Of a stretch of DNA of 64,000 nucleotides, positions 11,343 to 21,865 are shown piece after piece; within the stretch, counting starts at the first letter, position 1; every line of letters begins with the position of its first letter. Under the pieces are notes generated by a model. The model was not told the origin of the DNA. It was given only the letters and a program-made list of their open reading frames with translations, and did no database searches. The stretch is taken from positions 186,001-250,000 of the IMG/VR virus record IMGVR_UViG_3300030085_002431; one strand, given 5' to 3'. Both the position numbers and the translations under genes were made by a program.

Positions 11343-11389
11343 GGAACTGGCACAAGGTGCTTGACCTTACAGTTTCACTGTGCTATTAT
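11332..11389 (+). promoter_or_regulatory. Palindrome-linked sigma70-like early promoter (copy 1)
   Basis: TTGCCA-N10-TGGCAC, then TTGACC-17-TATTAT with extended TG. Confidence 0.75.
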
Positions 11390-11416
11390 AAGAAGGAACA
11401 CCATTGGTTCACCTAA

Positions 11417-11596
11417 ATGATGATTACCCGAAACGCACTCACTGAGCTGCGTGAACTGCATGAAGATGTGGCAGAAAATTTTACTGACACATACTTTCCT
11501 ATCAGTGGAGAAACTTATTGGACTTGCGTTCAAGCACTTGCTGAAGCAAAACTTGCAGAACTGCGTGGAGAATTGAATGAGCTTGTTGAAGATTGA
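11417..11596 (+). CDS. Small hypothetical protein (59 aa, not in ORF track)
   Basis: MMITRNALTELRELHEDV...; directly follows the promoter. Confidence 0.65.
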   Translation: MMITRNALTELRELHEDVAENFTDTYFPISGETYWTCVQALAEAKLAELRGELNELVED

Positions 11597-11795
11597 TAAA
11601 GCATCTCTAGTTGAACCAAGAGTAAAAACTACCCCAACAAACGTCAATGAAGCACATGAAGCATTGTTTCATTGCACAATGACTCTTCCTGCCGCAGCAA
11701 AGCACTGTGGCATGACTCAGAAAGAGTTAAAGATGACGTTTTTTGAATATCTTAAGTATAATCCTGTTACCTTTGATCCCGAGGACTCTAAATAA
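11577..11795 (+). CDS. Small HTH-like protein
   Basis: TLPAAAKHCGMTQKELK resembles a helix-turn-helix; SD ggag upstream. Confidence 0.5.
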   Translation: MSLLKIDKASLVEPRVKTTPTNVNEAHEALFHCTMTLPAAAKHCGMTQKELKMTFFEYLKYNPVTFDPEDSK

Positions 11796-11817
11796 TACAA
11801 TCGTAGTAGATTGTATT

Positions 11818-12081
11818 ATGAAATACAAGATTACCAACAATTACTGTTTCCATAATGGTATTATCGTTGATATGTATTTCGTCCAAGGCATACCTTTCAC
11901 ATTTGATGATATTGATCCTGCACTCCAGGACGACCCATATGTGAACATTGAAGCAGAAAACACAACAGCATATTCAACAGAAGATCTATACAAATGGTCT
12001 GGATATTTAATGCAAGAGGAGTGTCATCCTCTTCTATATCCACTAGAATTAGAAAATCCTGAGGCACTTCCCCAGGACTGA
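11818..12081 (+). CDS. Hypothetical protein
   Basis: MKYKITNNYC start follows CTAAATA late promoter at 11788. Confidence 0.6.
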   Translation: MKYKITNNYCFHNGIIVDMYFVQGIPFTFDDIDPALQDDPYVNIEAENTTAYSTEDLYKWSGYLMQEECHPLLYPLELENPEALPQD

Positions 12082-12083
12082 TT

Positions 12084-12155
12084 GCCCCCGTAGCTCAGTG
12101 GTAGAGCAGGGCTTTTGTAAAGCTCAGGTCGCAAGTTCAAATCTTGTCAGGGGCT
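12084..12155 (+). tRNA. tRNA-Thr(UGU)
   Basis: Cloverleaf: acceptor stem, D arm TAGCTCAGTGGTAGAGC, anticodon loop TTTGTAA, T loop GTTCAAATC. Confidence 0.92.
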
Positions 12156-12194
12156 TAGGCGATACTGCCGAACCAATCCCTTCCGTGTGACTTT

Positions 12195-12222
12195 AGAAAC
12201 CCTCCCAAAAGGAGGGTTTCTT
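12195..12222 (+). terminator. Stem-loop terminator
   Basis: AGAAACCCTCC-caaaa-GGAGGGTTTCT; followed by late promoter CTAAATA at 12228. Confidence 0.7.
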
Positions 12223-12266
12223 AGTGTCTAAATAGAAAAAGATTAGTATTCTTACGCGGATATAAA

Positions 12267-15200
12267 ATGCCTCTTTCAAGATTAGAGAATTTCCTTAAGA
12301 ACGCAGAAGGCAATATTCTTTATGTTAACCCTTCGGACTTCGATGCTACCGATAGTTTTGAGAACCAAGGTAACTCACTAACGAGACCTTTCAAGAGTAT
12401 TCAGAGAGCACTTGTTGAAGCCGCAAGATTTTCATATCAAGCAGGTGATAACAACGATAAGATTGATAGGACAACTATTCTAGTTTATCCTGGTACTCAT
12501 TACATTGATAACCGTCCAGGTTTTTCTATCGAAGAAATCAATGGTTCTGCAGTATTTAAGGAACAAGTTGCACCAGGACAGTGGGAAGAAAGGAGTCTTC
12601 CAGAATTTGGTGAAACTACCAACTTTGATATTTTTGACCCAGCAAACGATTTAAGAAAATATAACGCAGTTGCTGGTGGTGCAGTTCTTCCTAGAGGTAC
12701 TTCAATTATTGGTCTGGACCTAAGAAAGACAAAAATTAGACCACTATATGTTCCAGACCCATATGATAATAATGTAGAAGAATCAAGTATCTTTAATGTT
12801 ACTGGTACTTGCTACTTTACTGCTTTCACTATTTTTGACGGTGACCCAACAAAGACTGTTTATAATAACTATTCTGAAAATAGAGTAGTACCAAACTTCT
12901 CTCACCATAAATTAACAACATTTACATATATTGATGGTGTAAACAAAGTTAAGTTAGGTAATTATCAAACATACCTAACTGACCTTGACATGTATTACTA
13001 TAAGGTCGCAAAGGCATATGGTGATATAACTGGTAGAGGTCTGGCAGATTTCCCAGTTGGAACTGATTTTGAACCATCTATTGATGAATTTAGAATTGTT
13101 GGTGCTCTAGAAGCAAACCCACTAGGAATTTCTAGTATTCGTGCTGGTAATGGAGATGGTACTGGTGATATTAATGTCATCACAGTTACTACGGCAGATA
13201 GATTAACTGGTTCTACAGCACCTCATAACTTATTTGTAAATAGTCCATTCCTCCTTAACGGAGTTGAGGTTGACCCAGATTCCTATAATGGTTCATTTAC
13301 TGTTAAGGAAGTCGTTGGAATTAACACATTTACCTTCACAACAAATCAATCACCATTAGAATTTTTACCAAATCCTACAGAAATTGATACTGCAACAGTA
13401 TCTGCTGGTTCTGATACTGTAAGTTCTGCTTCACCATACATTTTCAACGTATCTTTGCGTTCCGTCTTTGGCATGTGCGGTATGCACGCTGATGGTAGCA
13501 AGGCTGCTGGTTTTAAATCAATGGTTGTGGCACAGTATACTGGTGTCTCACTACAAAAAGATGATAATGCATTCATTCTTTATGATGAAGGTGCTTTTTA
13601 TGATGAGAATACTCTCCCAGAAAATAGCCCAGAGAGACCTCTCCATACCAATTCAAAAGCAATCTTCAAACCAGATTTTGAGAACTCTCACATAAGAGCA
13701 TCCAACAATGCTTTCATTCAGGCAGTTTCTATCTTTGCTATTGGTTACTCTCATCACTTCTTGACTGAAAGTGGTGGTGATATGTCAATCACCAACTCAA
13801 ACTCCAACTTTGGTAATACATCACTCGAATCTACTGGATTCAAACCAGATGCATTTAACAGAGATGACACTGGATTCATTACACATATCATTCCACCAAG
13901 AGAATTAGTTGCTGATGAAAACTCTGTTACTTGGTTGTCTCTTGATGCTGAAAAAATTATTAATGCTGTAGATACTAGCAAACTCTATATTGCTGGTGCG
14001 AGAAATGAAGAAGTTCCACCAGCATATCAAGTTGATGGTTACAGAGTTGGTGCTAGAGACGATGATGAATTAAATCTAACTATTACTATTGGTACTGCAC
14101 AAACCAATTACACAGCACCAATTTTAATGCCAGTAAGTGGTGGAAATGGTGTATCTGCAAGAAAATCATATCAAATCGTAAGATCAAATAATGAAAATGA
14201 CATTGTAAATGATACAATTTCATTAACACAAGGTCATCAACTAATTAATGGTGAAAAAGTAAGAATTTTTGCAGATAATGGTCAAACACCAGATGGTCTA
14301 GACAATGAAGGTATTTACTTTGCAATCACAACAGGTGTTGGTGCAAATCAAATTAAACTAGCACAATCTGTTAATGATGCACTTGCTAACCAACCTATCC
14401 TAGGAATTTCTAATAACGGTGGTGTCATTACTGTTGTTTCCAGAGTTTCTGATAAACTTCCTGGAGACTTAGGACATCCAATTCAGTTTGATGAAACAGA
14501 ATCAAACTGGTATTTACAATCGGATTCAAATAACAATATCAGAGAAGCAATTGTTGATATTGGTATTACAGAACTTGGTTCAGAAACTTCAACTTCATTC
14601 ATTAATAGAAAATTAGATAATCGTTCTATTGATGATAAGATTTATAAGGTTCGTTATGTTATTCCAAAGGAATATACAAATGCAAAACCACCAGAAGCAG
14701 GATATGTAATTCAAGAATCTGGTAATGTTGGTGTTAGTAGCATTTCATTTACTAATGATACTCTTACGGATTCTACCGAGCTTAGGAATGAAAAAGTTAT
14801 TTCATCTGCATCTGCAGGTCCTATCATTTCAAATGCCCAAGTAGTAACTTTAACAACTGAACTTCCTCATGGTTTAAGTTCTGGTGATACTGTAGAAATT
14901 AAAAACGTAAGGAGTGTTAACAACTCTTTAGCAACAGGAATTACTTCTTCCTTTAATGGAAGATATGAAATTGAGTCTGTACTTAACAGCAAGCAATTCC
15001 AGTATACAATTTCTGGTGTTTCAACTAATCCTGGTGCATTTTCTAATGATATTAACCAGAGAGCAACAAGACAACAGAGAGAAGCACTACCAACTTTCTC
15101 AAGGGCAGCATTTGATAATACATTCTTTATCTACAGGGCTGCACAGGTTAAGAGACATATACCAGGAGCAGATGGACAAGATGGTATTTACCATCTAATT

Positions 15201-18200
15201 TGTTTGCAGTCCAATGTTTCTCCACCATCATCAGTTGGATTTAATCTTGATAGTAAAGAATTTAATCAAGATGTTATTAATCTCTATCCACAGTTAGATA
15301 GAGATAATCTGAACACAAACCCCAAATCATCTACATCATACGCAAATCTACAAATTCTAGGTAGTGTTGTTACAAATGATAAGAGAAATTCAATTACTAG
15401 AGAAGCAATTGATTATTTCACTAAGAATAGTTCTGTAGGTATTGCAATTACTTCTGTAATTATTGCACCAAGTCCTAATCATTCTGGTGATACTGTAACT
15501 ATTGGAACAGAAGTTGAGCACGGACTCAACAAAATTAAAGAAATAACATTTACTAGTGGTGCTGGTTATACACCATCTACTATTTTCTATTCAGTACCAT
15601 TAAACCCAATATCTTCTAGTGGAGAGGGTGCGACAGCAAAAGTAACTACAAATGCTTCAGGTGAAGTTATTGATGTTTCCTTAGTAGACCCAGGTTCTGC
15701 CTATACGACTAACAATACATTAGAAATTCCTGGAGGAACAACTAATTCTATTGTAACAGTTAGCTCAGTAGTTACTAATGCTCAAGTAACAGCAGTCGAA
15801 ATTCATGGTTACAATGAAGATTCATTCAATGGAGTTTATAAGATTGAATCAGTAAGTGGTCCCAAAACACTTATATTGGATGCACCAACTGGAATTTCAA
15901 CATATAGAGAAAATACAACTGGTGAAAAGGGTTATGTAATACCATCTAATGATATTGTTGGACTTACTTCTGCATATATGACCAATGCAGAAACAGGAAT
16001 CACAACAGTTACCGTATCATCTGCTCATGGATTGCTTCCTGGTAATTCTATTAAAATCCTATTTGACTCGGGGTCTCTTCCCAGTGGAGATTATGTTGTT
16101 AATGACGTAGTTGGACTAACAACATTTACATATGTATCTACTGGTTCAACTTCCTATCTAGATTCTTCTAGTGGTTCAATCTTAAGAAAGACACTTGCAC
16201 CTAATGCTCTTAATCTTGGTTCTGGTGAAGAAAATCTAGGTTCCCGTGCAAGTGTATTTTATGATGGACTGACTGCAACAACAAACGTACAGTTCGATAC
16301 TACAAGTTCAACAATTAGTTTCTCAAATCCTGAAGGAGTAAAAAGAGGAGACTTCTTAGATATAAGAGGTGAAATTGTTAGAGTTGCAAGTACATCTAAC
16401 CCATTTGATGTTATTCGTGGTCAACTTGGAACTGTAAAAACAAGTGCTCAATCTGGATCTAAGGTAAGAAGGATTAAGATTCTACCTATTGAGGTAAGAA
16501 GACCATCATTCATGAGAGCATCTGGACATACTTTTGAGTATCTAGGTTTCGGTCCTGGTAACTACTCAACTGGTATGCCACAAAAACAGGATAGAATCCT
16601 TAGTGAAACTGAGGTAATTGTTTCTCAGTCTAAGGAACAAAGAGGTGGTCAGGTTGTTTACACAGGTATGAATGACCTGGGTGAATTCTTCTCTGGTAGT
16701 AAGAAACTAAGTTCTGCAACTGGTGAAGAAACAGTTATTGACGCACCAATTCTTACCTATACTGGTGATGACTCACAGGGTGAATCCAGTGCAGTTTCTA
16801 GTGGTATCTTCGATGAACTACTTGTAAGACAAAGATTAACTGTTGAAGGTGGTGAGAATAATAACCAGTCTTCACAGTTCTATGGTCCTGTTAACTTTAC
16901 TCAGAAAGTTACTAACTTATCTGAATATGGCATAGAAACCAAAGACTTATTCATCAAGGGTACTGCTGCACAGTCTAAACTAATAACAGTTGGTATTTCG
17001 ACTCCAACTTCAACTACTGTCAAATCACCAAGAGTTGGTGATATTCAACTATTATCAAACCCATCCGATGGTTATATTGGACATGTAAGGGTTGATAATG
17101 AATGGAAGTCTTTTGGATTAATTAGCAGAACTGCAGATGAATTAGATGTAAGAGTTGATAAACTTCATGTCAATACTACTTCAACTAGTAATTTTGATTT
17201 TGATGTTGATGGAAACTCTAGAGTTGAAAACTTAGTTGTCTCTGGTTCAATCGTATTCCAGCAACCACAGAGTCTTGGTAATGCAACATTTGAAGACATC
17301 ATTGTAAATAGAACTGCTAGATTCACATTGATTGGTTTAGACCCAGTTACGGGTCTTTCAACAAACTATAATATGATTATGAGTGGGGGCATCTCCCAGC
17401 TGAACGACCTTGATGTAACGGGAATCTCTACATTTGCTGGAAGAGCAGACTTTGAATCTAATATATTTGGTATTGGTGCTAAGTTTGGTAATATCAGAAT
17501 TGGTATTACCGATGATAACACAATTGATACAACAGCAGGTGATATTGTTCTAAACTCTGACAATGGAACTACTAATATTGTTGACAATCTAATTGTTAAC
17601 GGTGATAAAATTGAACTTGCTAAGGGAGATGGAGTTTCTCTTGGTGGAACTATCACATCAAGAAATGATGCTAGGGTATTCCAACTTGGCATGGGTAGTA
17701 CTGATGGTGAATCTAAGATTGTTCTACACTCAAATGATACAACATCTGGACTTTCCAAAGAAGGAATTACAGCACCAGAAGGTTCTCTTACCATTCATAG
17801 AACTGCTGATAATGAAACTACTAGTACTGTTGGTGATTCTCTAATTACACACCAAGGTGCATCTGATTTAGTTGTTTCTGGTGCAAGTTCTGGAAGTAGA
17901 ATTATTTTAAAGACTGATAATACAGAACGTGTAAATGTTGGTACATCAGGAACAATAACTTTCTCAAATACAAATAATGGAACTGCTCTACAGGGACACC
18001 ATGTAAGTCTTGTTCAGTCTGGTGATGGTGATTCTGCACTATCTTGGGTACATGATAAGAACAATATTAACCAGAGATGGTATGCTGGTATTGACGCAAG
18101 TGATAACTATGCTTGGAAACTTGCACATCCAGACCCAACACTAGCATTTAATTCTGAAGATTGGAATAACTCTCAGGAAACCAAACTAACTGTTGATGCT

Positions 18201-19988
18201 AATGGCGATACAGTTGTTGGTGGTGGTTTAACTATTGGTGGTGCATTCCTAAATTCTTCAGCATCTGTCGTAACACTCTTTAGGACACCTGTTCAAGCAA
18301 CTGTACTTAATTCTGCACATACAATTAATATCGGAAGTAATTCCAATACGTCATTTGTAAACATCAGAGGAACTAAGGAAGCAAATAGTACAACTACTGG
18401 TGCATTAACTGTTGGTGGTGGTGCTGGTATTGGTGGAAACCTATATGTTGGTGGTCATATGAATGACACAGACATTCAGGGAACTCTAGATGTAACTGGA
18501 AATGTTACTGTTGGAGGGAATGAGCTTTCTATTAATGCTTCAAATGGTGATATAACAACTCAAGGAAGAGGATCATTTGGTAGTGATTGTACTATTACTG
18601 GTTACCTTGATGTATCTAGTTACATTGAGGCTGATGGAAATGGTATTTTTGGTGGTAATGTTTCTGCTGCTAAACTTATTAAGAATAACCCAGGAGCAGG
18701 AAGCAACTTCTTAAGAGCAAATGGTGAAGATTCTAAATTAACCGACCAAGACTATATTAATTCTCTTGGATTTGTTCCTGGTCAACCAGTTACTTTGAGT
18801 GCATACCCAATTGGTAACTCTATTCTTCTTAAATCTATTGATAGTCAATTTAATGGAAGTAAGCGGGAGTTTAACCTCAAAGCACCAGATGATACGAATT
18901 TCATACCAATTGGTCCTGTAAACTTACTTGTTTCACTTGGTGGTGTTATCCAAGAAGCAGGTAGAGCCTATAATATCAAACAGTCAGGTGGTACATATAC
19001 AAATGTAATTAGATTCACTGATCCACCTCCATCAGGAATGGATTGCTACATTATTGCACTTGGTGGACAAGGTTCCTTAACTGCAAACCCAGAGTGGACG
19101 AAAAAGGGTCAACTCTTGGTAGGCAAGGGCGCCAATCAAGCAAATTTACTTCCTGTTGGTTCTAATGACAAAGTTTTAACAGCAGATTCATCTACTGCAC
19201 TTGGAGTGGCATGGAAGGATATTCCACCTGGTGTTGTTACTGGTGCTATTTTTTACTGGCCAAGTACAACTATTCCTGCTGGTTATCAAAAATGTGATGG
19301 TTCTGCTGCAAAAACACAAGAACTGAGAAACATTGTTGGAAATAATGTTCCAAACATGATTAACAGGTTTGTTCTCAGTGGAAACAGTGTTGGAGGAACT
19401 GGGGGTAAGTGGCAGCATAAACTTGAACAAGATGAAATACCATACCACCGTCATACAATTACTGAAGAGGGAGACCATAACCATACCAAAGGAAAGTATA
19501 AAGCTGGTCGATCTATTGCTGTATCGCATGACGGTCACACGCACCCTGGTTCTGTTGTATCTGGTGAGGGTGGACACGACCACACTATTAGTAAGGGTGG
19601 AAAGCACTCTCATGGTTATGATGACCCTGGACATGACCACGCATACTCAGAAACAGCATTTAGTTCAAACCGTAAACTAGATGGTCAAGGAGAGAAAGCA
19701 TATAAACTTTCCAAAGATGGTTCTAGAACAGGTAAAGATGGAGTTGGAATTAAAATCAAGGCTGAAAACACTGGTCACGATCACAATATAGAGGCTAATA
19801 CTGGCAAGCACGGACATAAGGTTTCTGTTGACAAAGGTGGTGGCCATGACCATGACGTTACTATTCAACCTCATGGAAAGCACAGTCATGGTGGGAACAC
19901 TGGGTATTTTGGCAGAAATACCAACGATATTGTACCAATCCCTATTGTACCTCAATACATCTACTTAATTCCTATTATCAAAACTTAA
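12267..19988 (+). CDS. Giant virion structural/tail fibre protein with C-terminal tail-collar domain and His-x-His-rich tip
   Basis: 2573 aa; MPLSRLENFLKN N-terminus typical of cyanophage virion proteins; collar-like GAIFYW....P.GY..CDG near the C-terminus; many H.H repeats. Confidence 0.8.
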   Translation: MPLSRLENFLKNAEGNILYVNPSDFDATDSFENQGNSLTRPFKSIQRALVEAARFSYQAGDNNDKIDRTTILVYPGTHYIDNRPGFSIEEINGSAVFKEQVAPGQWEERSLPEFGETTNFDIFDPANDLRKYNAVAGGAVLPRGTSIIGLDLRKTKIRPLYVPDPYDNNVEESSIFNVTGTCYFTAFTIFDGDPTKTVYNNYSENRVVPNFSHHKLTTFTYIDGVNKVKLGNYQTYLTDLDMYYYKVAKAYGDITGRGLADFPVGTDFEPSIDEFRIVGALEANPLGISSIRAGNGDGTGDINVITVTTADRLTGSTAPHNLFVNSPFLLNGVEVDPDSYNGSFTVKEVVGINTFTFTTNQSPLEFLPNPTEIDTATVSAGSDTVSSASPYIFNVSLRSVFGMCGMHADGSKAAGFKSMVVAQYTGVSLQKDDNAFILYDEGAFYDENTLPENSPERPLHTNSKAIFKPDFENSHIRASNNAFIQAVSIFAIGYSHHFLTESGGDMSITNSNSNFGNTSLESTGFKPDAFNRDDTGFITHIIPPRELVADENSVTWLSLDAEKIINAVDTSKLYIAGARNEEVPPAYQVDGYRVGARDDDELNLTITIGTAQTNYTAPILMPVSGGNGVSARKSYQIVRSNNENDIVNDTISLTQGHQLINGEKVRIFADNGQTPDGLDNEGIYFAITTGVGANQIKLAQSVNDALANQPILGISNNGGVITVVSRVSDKLPGDLGHPIQFDETESNWYLQSDSNNNIREAIVDIGITELGSETSTSFINRKLDNRSIDDKIYKVRYVIPKEYTNAKPPEAGYVIQESGNVGVSSISFTNDTLTDSTELRNEKVISSASAGPIISNAQVVTLTTELPHGLSSGDTVEIKNVRSVNNSLATGITSSFNGRYEIESVLNSKQFQYTISGVSTNPGAFSNDINQRATRQQREALPTFSRAAFDNTFFIYRAAQVKRHIPGADGQDGIYHLICLQSNVSPPSSVGFNLDSKEFNQDVINLYPQLDRDNLNTNPKSSTSYANLQILGSVVTNDKRNSITREAIDYFTKNSSVGIAITSVIIAPSPNHSGDTVTIGTEVEHGLNKIKEITFTSGAGYTPSTIFYSVPLNPISSSGEGATAKVTTNASGEVIDVSLVDPGSAYTTNNTLEIPGGTTNSIVTVSSVVTNAQVTAVEIHGYNEDSFNGVYKIESVSGPKTLILDAPTGISTYRENTTGEKGYVIPSNDIVGLTSAYMTNAETGITTVTVSSAHGLLPGNSIKILFDSGSLPSGDYVVNDVVGLTTFTYVSTGSTSYLDSSSGSILRKTLAPNALNLGSGEENLGSRASVFYDGLTATTNVQFDTTSSTISFSNPEGVKRGDFLDIRGEIVRVASTSNPFDVIRGQLGTVKTSAQSGSKVRRIKILPIEVRRPSFMRASGHTFEYLGFGPGNYSTGMPQKQDRILSETEVIVSQSKEQRGGQVVYTGMNDLGEFFSGSKKLSSATGEETVIDAPILTYTGDDSQGESSAVSSGIFDELLVRQRLTVEGGENNNQSSQFYGPVNFTQKVTNLSEYGIETKDLFIKGTAAQSKLITVGISTPTSTTVKSPRVGDIQLLSNPSDGYIGHVRVDNEWKSFGLISRTADELDVRVDKLHVNTTSTSNFDFDVDGNSRVENLVVSGSIVFQQPQSLGNATFEDIIVNRTARFTLIGLDPVTGLSTNYNMIMSGGISQLNDLDVTGISTFAGRADFESNIFGIGAKFGNIRIGITDDNTIDTTAGDIVLNSDNGTTNIVDNLIVNGDKIELAKGDGVSLGGTITSRNDARVFQLGMGSTDGESKIVLHSNDTTSGLSKEGITAPEGSLTIHRTADNETTSTVGDSLITHQGASDLVVSGASSGSRIILKTDNTERVNVGTSGTITFSNTNNGTALQGHHVSLVQSGDGDSALSWVHDKNNINQRWYAGIDASDNYAWKLAHPDPTLAFNSEDWNNSQETKLTVDANGDTVVGGGLTIGGAFLNSSASVVTLFRTPVQATVLNSAHTINIGSNSNTSFVNIRGTKEANSTTTGALTVGGGAGIGGNLYVGGHMNDTDIQGTLDVTGNVTVGGNELSINASNGDITTQGRGSFGSDCTITGYLDVSSYIEADGNGIFGGNVSAAKLIKNNPGAGSNFLRANGEDSKLTDQDYINSLGFVPGQPVTLSAYPIGNSILLKSIDSQFNGSKREFNLKAPDDTNFIPIGPVNLLVSLGGVIQEAGRAYNIKQSGGTYTNVIRFTDPPPSGMDCYIIALGGQGSLTANPEWTKKGQLLVGKGANQANLLPVGSNDKVLTADSSTALGVAWKDIPPGVVTGAIFYWPSTTIPAGYQKCDGSAAKTQELRNIVGNNVPNMINRFVLSGNSVGGTGGKWQHKLEQDEIPYHRHTITEEGDHNHTKGKYKAGRSIAVSHDGHTHPGSVVSGEGGHDHTISKGGKHSHGYDDPGHDHAYSETAFSSNRKLDGQGEKAYKLSKDGSRTGKDGVGIKIKAENTGHDHNIEANTGKHGHKVSVDKGGGHDHDVTIQPHGKHSHGGNTGYFGRNTNDIVPIPIVPQYIYLIPIIKT

Positions 19989-20005
19989 TTTTATAATTTT
20001 TTATT

Positions 20006-20611
20006 ATGGATAGTATACAAACTCAAATGTTTCTCCCGTCACAAGTTGTTTCGGGAGATATTGAAAATTTCTCAAAACAAAGTCATCTGTTAATAGATTG
20101 GATTTACAATTACAGGGATAGATTTCCAAGAAGTGCAGAAATAAGCAATGAAAATGGATGGCAAAGTTATGATAAAAAGTTTTATAGAACAGAAGAAACT
20201 TTTGAACCATGGTTAAAACTATTAGTTCAAGAAATTGCAGATTTAGTTGATTCTTATCGTCTCAATTGTGCGATTGACTTGACTTCTTTATGGTTTAATA
20301 TCAATAGTCAATATTCTTACAATGTAAAGCATTCACATCCTGGTGCTCTACTATCTGGAGTTTTGTGGGTAAAAGTTCCAAAAGATTCTGGTAAATTTCA
20401 TTTTGTTTTACCCGATTCTTACTTCCAACCTGAATTGATAGAAAACACAGAAGAGTCTTATGCTAATGAAATGAATTTATTTGGAACTTATCCAGTAGAT
20501 GATAGAGAGGGTAGGTTGATGATATTCCCTTCTAATATGCCACATCGAGTAACGATGAATAAATCTACTGAAGATAGAATATCCATATCTTTTAATCTAA
20601 TTGCAAAATGA
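20006..20611 (+). CDS. Putative 2OG-Fe(II) oxygenase (TIGR02466-like)
   Basis: W.NIN...HSHP...SGVLWV..P...G.L.IFPS...H.V..N...EDRISISFN. Confidence 0.85.
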   Translation: MDSIQTQMFLPSQVVSGDIENFSKQSHLLIDWIYNYRDRFPRSAEISNENGWQSYDKKFYRTEETFEPWLKLLVQEIADLVDSYRLNCAIDLTSLWFNINSQYSYNVKHSHPGALLSGVLWVKVPKDSGKFHFVLPDSYFQPELIENTEESYANEMNLFGTYPVDDREGRLMIFPSNMPHRVTMNKSTEDRISISFNLIAK

Positions 20612-20635
20612 TAAATAATCAAAACACAATAAGTT

Positions 20636-21484
20636 ATGGCAAGAACAGAAATTGAAATAATTAAGGATGGAAAGGTTGTAGAAAACGACCTGGACACTGG
20701 TTGTGTTTCCGCAGATAAATTAGCAACTGATGCGGTTCTTACTGCAAAAATCAAAAATAAGCAAGTTACTCAAGAAAAACTAGCTGATGATATTTCCTTC
20801 TTTCCCACAGGGGGTATTATTATGTGGTCTGGTCAAGCATCAACTATTCCAGGTGGTTGGAAATTGTGTGATGGCAATAATGGAACACCAGACTTAAGAG
20901 GTAGATTTATTGTTGGTGCTAGTGCAAGTGGTGGATACGATCCTGGTGCAACGGGAGGTTCAAACGAAGTAACTTTAACAGAAGCACAACTTGCCACACA
21001 TAAACATGATATAACATCTAACGGAGCCCACGGACATACTACTGGTGGTAGTTCGTCAACTGATAGTGCTGGAGCTCATTCTCATGGTGGTGGGACATCA
21101 CGTCAAGATAGAAACCATACTCATAGTGGTTCAACTACTGAAAATGGATATCATCATCATCCCCCTGTTACTCAAGTTGGTTTTGATAATGAAGGTAATG
21201 GTAATCCACTAAGAATTCTTGCTGAAGATGGTCCTCCATGGGCTGGAACAGTATGGGATTCTGGTGGTGGATCACATGGACACCAATTTACAACTGCTGG
21301 TATTAGTAACGACCACGCTCATACTATTACTACTGATAATCATTCCGGCCATTCACATCCTGTTAGTCTATCAATCGCAGAAAATGGTGCTCACCAACAT
21401 CCATGTGAAAATGTAGGGAGTAGTCAACCACATGAAAATAGACCACCATATTATGCTTTAGCATTCATCATGAAAGTGGCATAA
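20636..21484 (+). CDS. Tail collar / short tail fibre protein
   Basis: GGIIMWSG...IPGGWKLCDG.NGTPDLRGRF collar motif; H.H repeats; HENRPPYYALAFIMK end; ATAAATA at 20611. Confidence 0.85.
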   Translation: MARTEIEIIKDGKVVENDLDTGCVSADKLATDAVLTAKIKNKQVTQEKLADDISFFPTGGIIMWSGQASTIPGGWKLCDGNNGTPDLRGRFIVGASASGGYDPGATGGSNEVTLTEAQLATHKHDITSNGAHGHTTGGSSSTDSAGAHSHGGGTSRQDRNHTHSGSTTENGYHHHPPVTQVGFDNEGNGNPLRILAEDGPPWAGTVWDSGGGSHGHQFTTAGISNDHAHTITTDNHSGHSHPVSLSIAENGAHQHPCENVGSSQPHENRPPYYALAFIMKVA

Positions 21485-21518
21485 ATACAAACGTAATCAT
21501 TCGATATCATTCAAAAAC

Positions 21519-21695
21519 ATGGAAGCGACTAAGATGAGAGAAACTCTCACATTGAGAGCAACAGAAATTCGTGATGAACTTCTGGAACTAGAAAAGACAT
21601 TCAATCAAAAGAAAGAACAGTTTCTTAAACTCACTGGTGCTTTAGAAGCTCTTGATCAATTAGATGCAGATGTCCCATCAACGGCAACAGAGTGA
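21519..21695 (+). CDS. Small coiled-coil protein (58 aa, not in ORF track)
   Basis: MEATKMRETL...FLKLTGALEAL; late promoter ATAAATA at 21481. Confidence 0.6.
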   Translation: MEATKMRETLTLRATEIRDELLELEKTFNQKKEQFLKLTGALEALDQLDADVPSTATE

Positions 21696-21726
21696 TTGTA
21701 AAGCAATCCTCTAGGTCATGTCAATG

Positions 21727-21755
21727 TTGACAAACGGATTATCTAGTGGTATTCT
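21727..21755 (+). promoter_or_regulatory. sigma70-type promoter
   Basis: TTGACA-17 bp-TATTCT. Confidence 0.8.
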
Positions 21756-21761
21756 AATTAA

Positions 21762-21865
21762 GTCTTGAGATGTTCTTTGCGTCTTTGAGAACTCAAGACC
21801 CGTCTTTGGTGATGGACGGTTTTTTACATAAACTGAGGAGGGGTTGGTGTCCCTCCTCTTTTTTT
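21762..21865 (+). ncRNA. Candidate small RNA (three hairpins, own promoter and terminator)
   Basis: Promoter at 21727-21755; hairpins at 21762-21799 and 21800-21819; GC stem plus T7 terminator at 21835-21865; no complete ORF inside. Confidence 0.6.

Noticed and set aside
11348-11365. TGGCAC read as a sigma54 -24 element
   Set aside because: No correctly spaced TTGC -12 box follows, cyanobacteria lack sigma54, and TGGCAC is just one half-site variant.
4524-21484. Diversity-generating retroelement acting on tail fibres
   Set aside because: No reverse transcriptase and no TR/VR pair with adenine-specific mismatches were seen.
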